From Acidimicrobiaceae bacterium (GTDB taxonomy: Bacteria > Actinomycetota > Acidimicrobiia > Acidimicrobiales > RAAP-2): DNA of 24,000 nucleotides. Within the stretch, counting starts at the first letter, position 1. Each line of letters opens with the position of its first letter. Both the position numbers and the translations under genes were made by a program. The notes beneath the pieces were generated by a model. That model made no database searches. It had not been told where the DNA came from and was given only the letters and a program-made list of their open reading frames with translations. Below are positions 22,616-24,000 of the stretch, in pieces. Location: contig PLWZ01000027.1 of assembly GCA_003151235.1 (NCBI GenBank), positions 39,257 through 63,256 of the forward strand, read 5' to 3'.

Positions 22616-24000
22616 ATGAGTCCAGCAGAGTTAGATGACTTCCTACAGGTGGGCGACGCTGCCGAATATCTCGGAGTTTCACCCCAGACGCTGCGGCGAT
22701 GGGACCGGGAGGGCCGTCTGGCGGCGGTCCGGCGACCTGGCAGCAACTACCGCTTCTATCGCCGAGCGGACCTCGAACCATTCCGTCTGGAGTATCGACG
22801 AGCAGCCGGTCCCGACGAGCCGGGGCTGCTGTTCCAGACGGCACTTGTCGACGTCGAAGCCAACAACCTGCTTCGGGAGCCCCAACGCCAAGCCCATCAA
22901 GCCGTGCGTGAACACTTCGCCAGCGGGAGCCAGCCCGCCATCATCCAGATCCCTGTCGGTTGCGGCAAGACCGGGATCATCGCCACGCTCCCGTTCGGCA
23001 TCGCCTCTGGCCGTGTTCTGGTCATTGCACCCAACCTCACGATCCGCAAAGGAATATCCGACGCCCTCGACATCGCCAGCCGGGAGTGTTTCTGGACCAA
23101 GACCCGGGTGCTGTCTGACTTCACCCAGGGCCCCTACGCCGCTGTGCTCGACGGCATCGACGCGAACATCCACGACTGCCTTGAGAGTCATTTTGTCGTG
23201 ACCAACATTCAGCAGCTGGCCAGCTCGGCTGACCGCTGGTTGCCGCAATTCCCACCCAATTTCTTCGACATGATCCTCGTCGACGAGGGCCACCACGCCG
23301 CCGCCGAGAGCTGGCAGAAGGTCTTCCGGCGCTTCCCGAACGCCAAGGTCGTGAGTCTGACGGCGACGCCATTTCGCGCTGACGAACGTCCGCTTCAAGG
23401 TGAAGTCATCTACAAGTACCCGTTCGCACGGGCCATGGTAAACGGCTTTATCAAGCGGATTCACTCCCGTAACGTGGCGCCATCGGAGGTGTATTTCACC
23501 TACGACGGGGACACCCGCCGACACGCCCTCGACGAGGTTCTGGCGCTTCGCGAGGAGCAGTGGTTCCGCCGGAGCGTGGCCCTGTCGCCAGAATGTAACC
23601 GGCATATTGCCGAAGCGAGCATCCAGCGCTGCGACTCATTACGGGCGGCCACAGGGATCCAACACCAGATCATCGCTGCCGCCTGCTCAGTAGACCATGC
23701 CCGACAGGTTCGGGCCATCTACGAAGAATGCGGCTACCGCGCAGCTGAGATCCACAGTGGCATGGATGAGGACGAGAAACAGGTAGTTCTCGACCGGCTG
23801 CAGATCGGCCAGCTTGACTGCATCGTTCAGGTCCAGATGCTCGGTGAGGGTTTTGACCACCCTCGCCTAAGCGTCGCCGCCGTGTTCCGCCCATTCCGCT
23901 CACTAGCCCCATTCATCCAGTTTGTCGGTCGAGTGATGCGCGTCGTCATTCAGGAGAACCCTGATCATCCAGATAATCAGGGTTTCGTGATATCGCACAT
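22616..24000 (+). CDS. MerR-type HTH fused to an SF2 (DEAD/DEAH, ResIII-type) helicase; C-terminus beyond the right edge
   Basis: Missing from the ORF track because it has no stop in the window. Manual translation from ATG 22616 gives MSPAELDDFLQVGDAAEYLGVSPQTLRRWDREGRLAAVRRPGSNYRFYRRADLEPF (MerR/excisionase-type HTH). It continues with motif I IQIPVGCGKTG, motif II ILVDEGHHAAA (~23272-23304), motif III VVSLTATPFR and motif VI-region QVQMLGEGFDHPRL. The track ORFs 22635..23201(+) and 22679..23605(-) are shadow frames. Confidence 0.85.
   Translation, partial: MSPAELDDFLQVGDAAEYLGVSPQTLRRWDREGRLAAVRRPGSNYRFYRRADLEPFRLEYRRAAGPDEPGLLFQTALVDVEANNLLREPQRQAHQAVREHFASGSQPAIIQIPVGCGKTGIIATLPFGIASGRVLVIAPNLTIRKGISDALDIASRECFWTKTRVLSDFTQGPYAAVLDGIDANIHDCLESHFVVTNIQQLASSADRWLPQFPPNFFDMILVDEGHHAAAESWQKVFRRFPNAKVVSLTATPFRADERPLQGEVIYKYPFARAMVNGFIKRIHSRNVAPSEVYFTYDGDTRRHALDEVLALREEQWFRRSVALSPECNRHIAEASIQRCDSLRAATGIQHQIIAAACSVDHARQVRAIYEECGYRAAEIHSGMDEDEKQVVLDRLQIGQLDCIVQVQMLGEGFDHPRLSVAAVFRPFRSLAPFIQFVGRVMRVVIQENPDHPDNQGFVISH

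Noticed and set aside
22635-23605. 188-aa plus-strand and 308-aa minus-strand ORFs over the helicase region
   Set aside because: The third frame (from ATG 22616) encodes a clear MerR HTH plus SF2 helicase motifs. The listed ORFs are alternative-frame or antisense artefacts, listed only because the real gene has no stop in the window.
1-24000. CRISPR arrays, tandem repeats, IS elements, integrase or att sites
   Set aside because: I saw no regularly spaced direct repeats, no transposase or recombinase catalytic domains (the 19403-19894 protein has only HTH repeats), and no identical long direct repeats flanking any segment. The only duplicated segment, the Lsr2 3' end, is too diverged to be a recent att site.

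Overview
The window is high-GC and looks actinobacterial: it carries an Lsr2 gene, many GTG/TTG starts, several 4-nt start/stop overlaps and apparently leaderless genes. I found no rRNA, tRNA, CRISPR array, integrase or transposase. All family assignments come from reading motifs by eye; no HMM or database search was run.

The left ~3.5 kb is an ordinary minus-strand sugar-nucleotide/lipid operon: UDP-glucose 6-dehydrogenase, a UDP-glucuronate decarboxylase-like gene, and a fatty-acyl-AMP ligase that runs off the left edge.

From ~3.5 kb to the right edge the window looks like an accessory, defence-island-type region.
- Lsr2 (xenogeneic silencer), with a decayed second copy of its C-terminal domain on the far side of a 4-TM protein gene.
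- A minus-strand operon of small membrane, lipoprotein and secreted proteins of unknown function.
- Two XRE-type HTH regulators, one next to an orphan TGT/DpdA-like protein with a CxCxxC...H zinc motif.
- A HEPN-like (Rx4H) protein divergent from a dual-HTH protein.
- An operon of an RHH/zinc-ribbon/TM protein, a TM protein and a TIGR04141-like PD-(D/E)xK-type protein.
- A MerR-HTH::SF2 helicase fusion that runs off the right edge.

The strongest candidate for an undescribed system is the plus-strand cassette at 11420-15203, possibly extending to 15785. It encodes a UvrD-like SF1 ATPase, a DarT-like (DUF4433) ADP-ribosyltransferase and an ADP-ribosylglycohydrolase (ARH) with a long C-terminal extension. 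The three genes are joined by ATGA and GTGA overlaps and are followed by a TM + Rx4H protein. It resembles DarTG, but an ARH replaces the macrodomain antidote and a helicase partner is added.

A 1.2-kb ORF-poor GC-rich stretch (16714-17929) holds decayed ORF fragments and nested inverted repeats.
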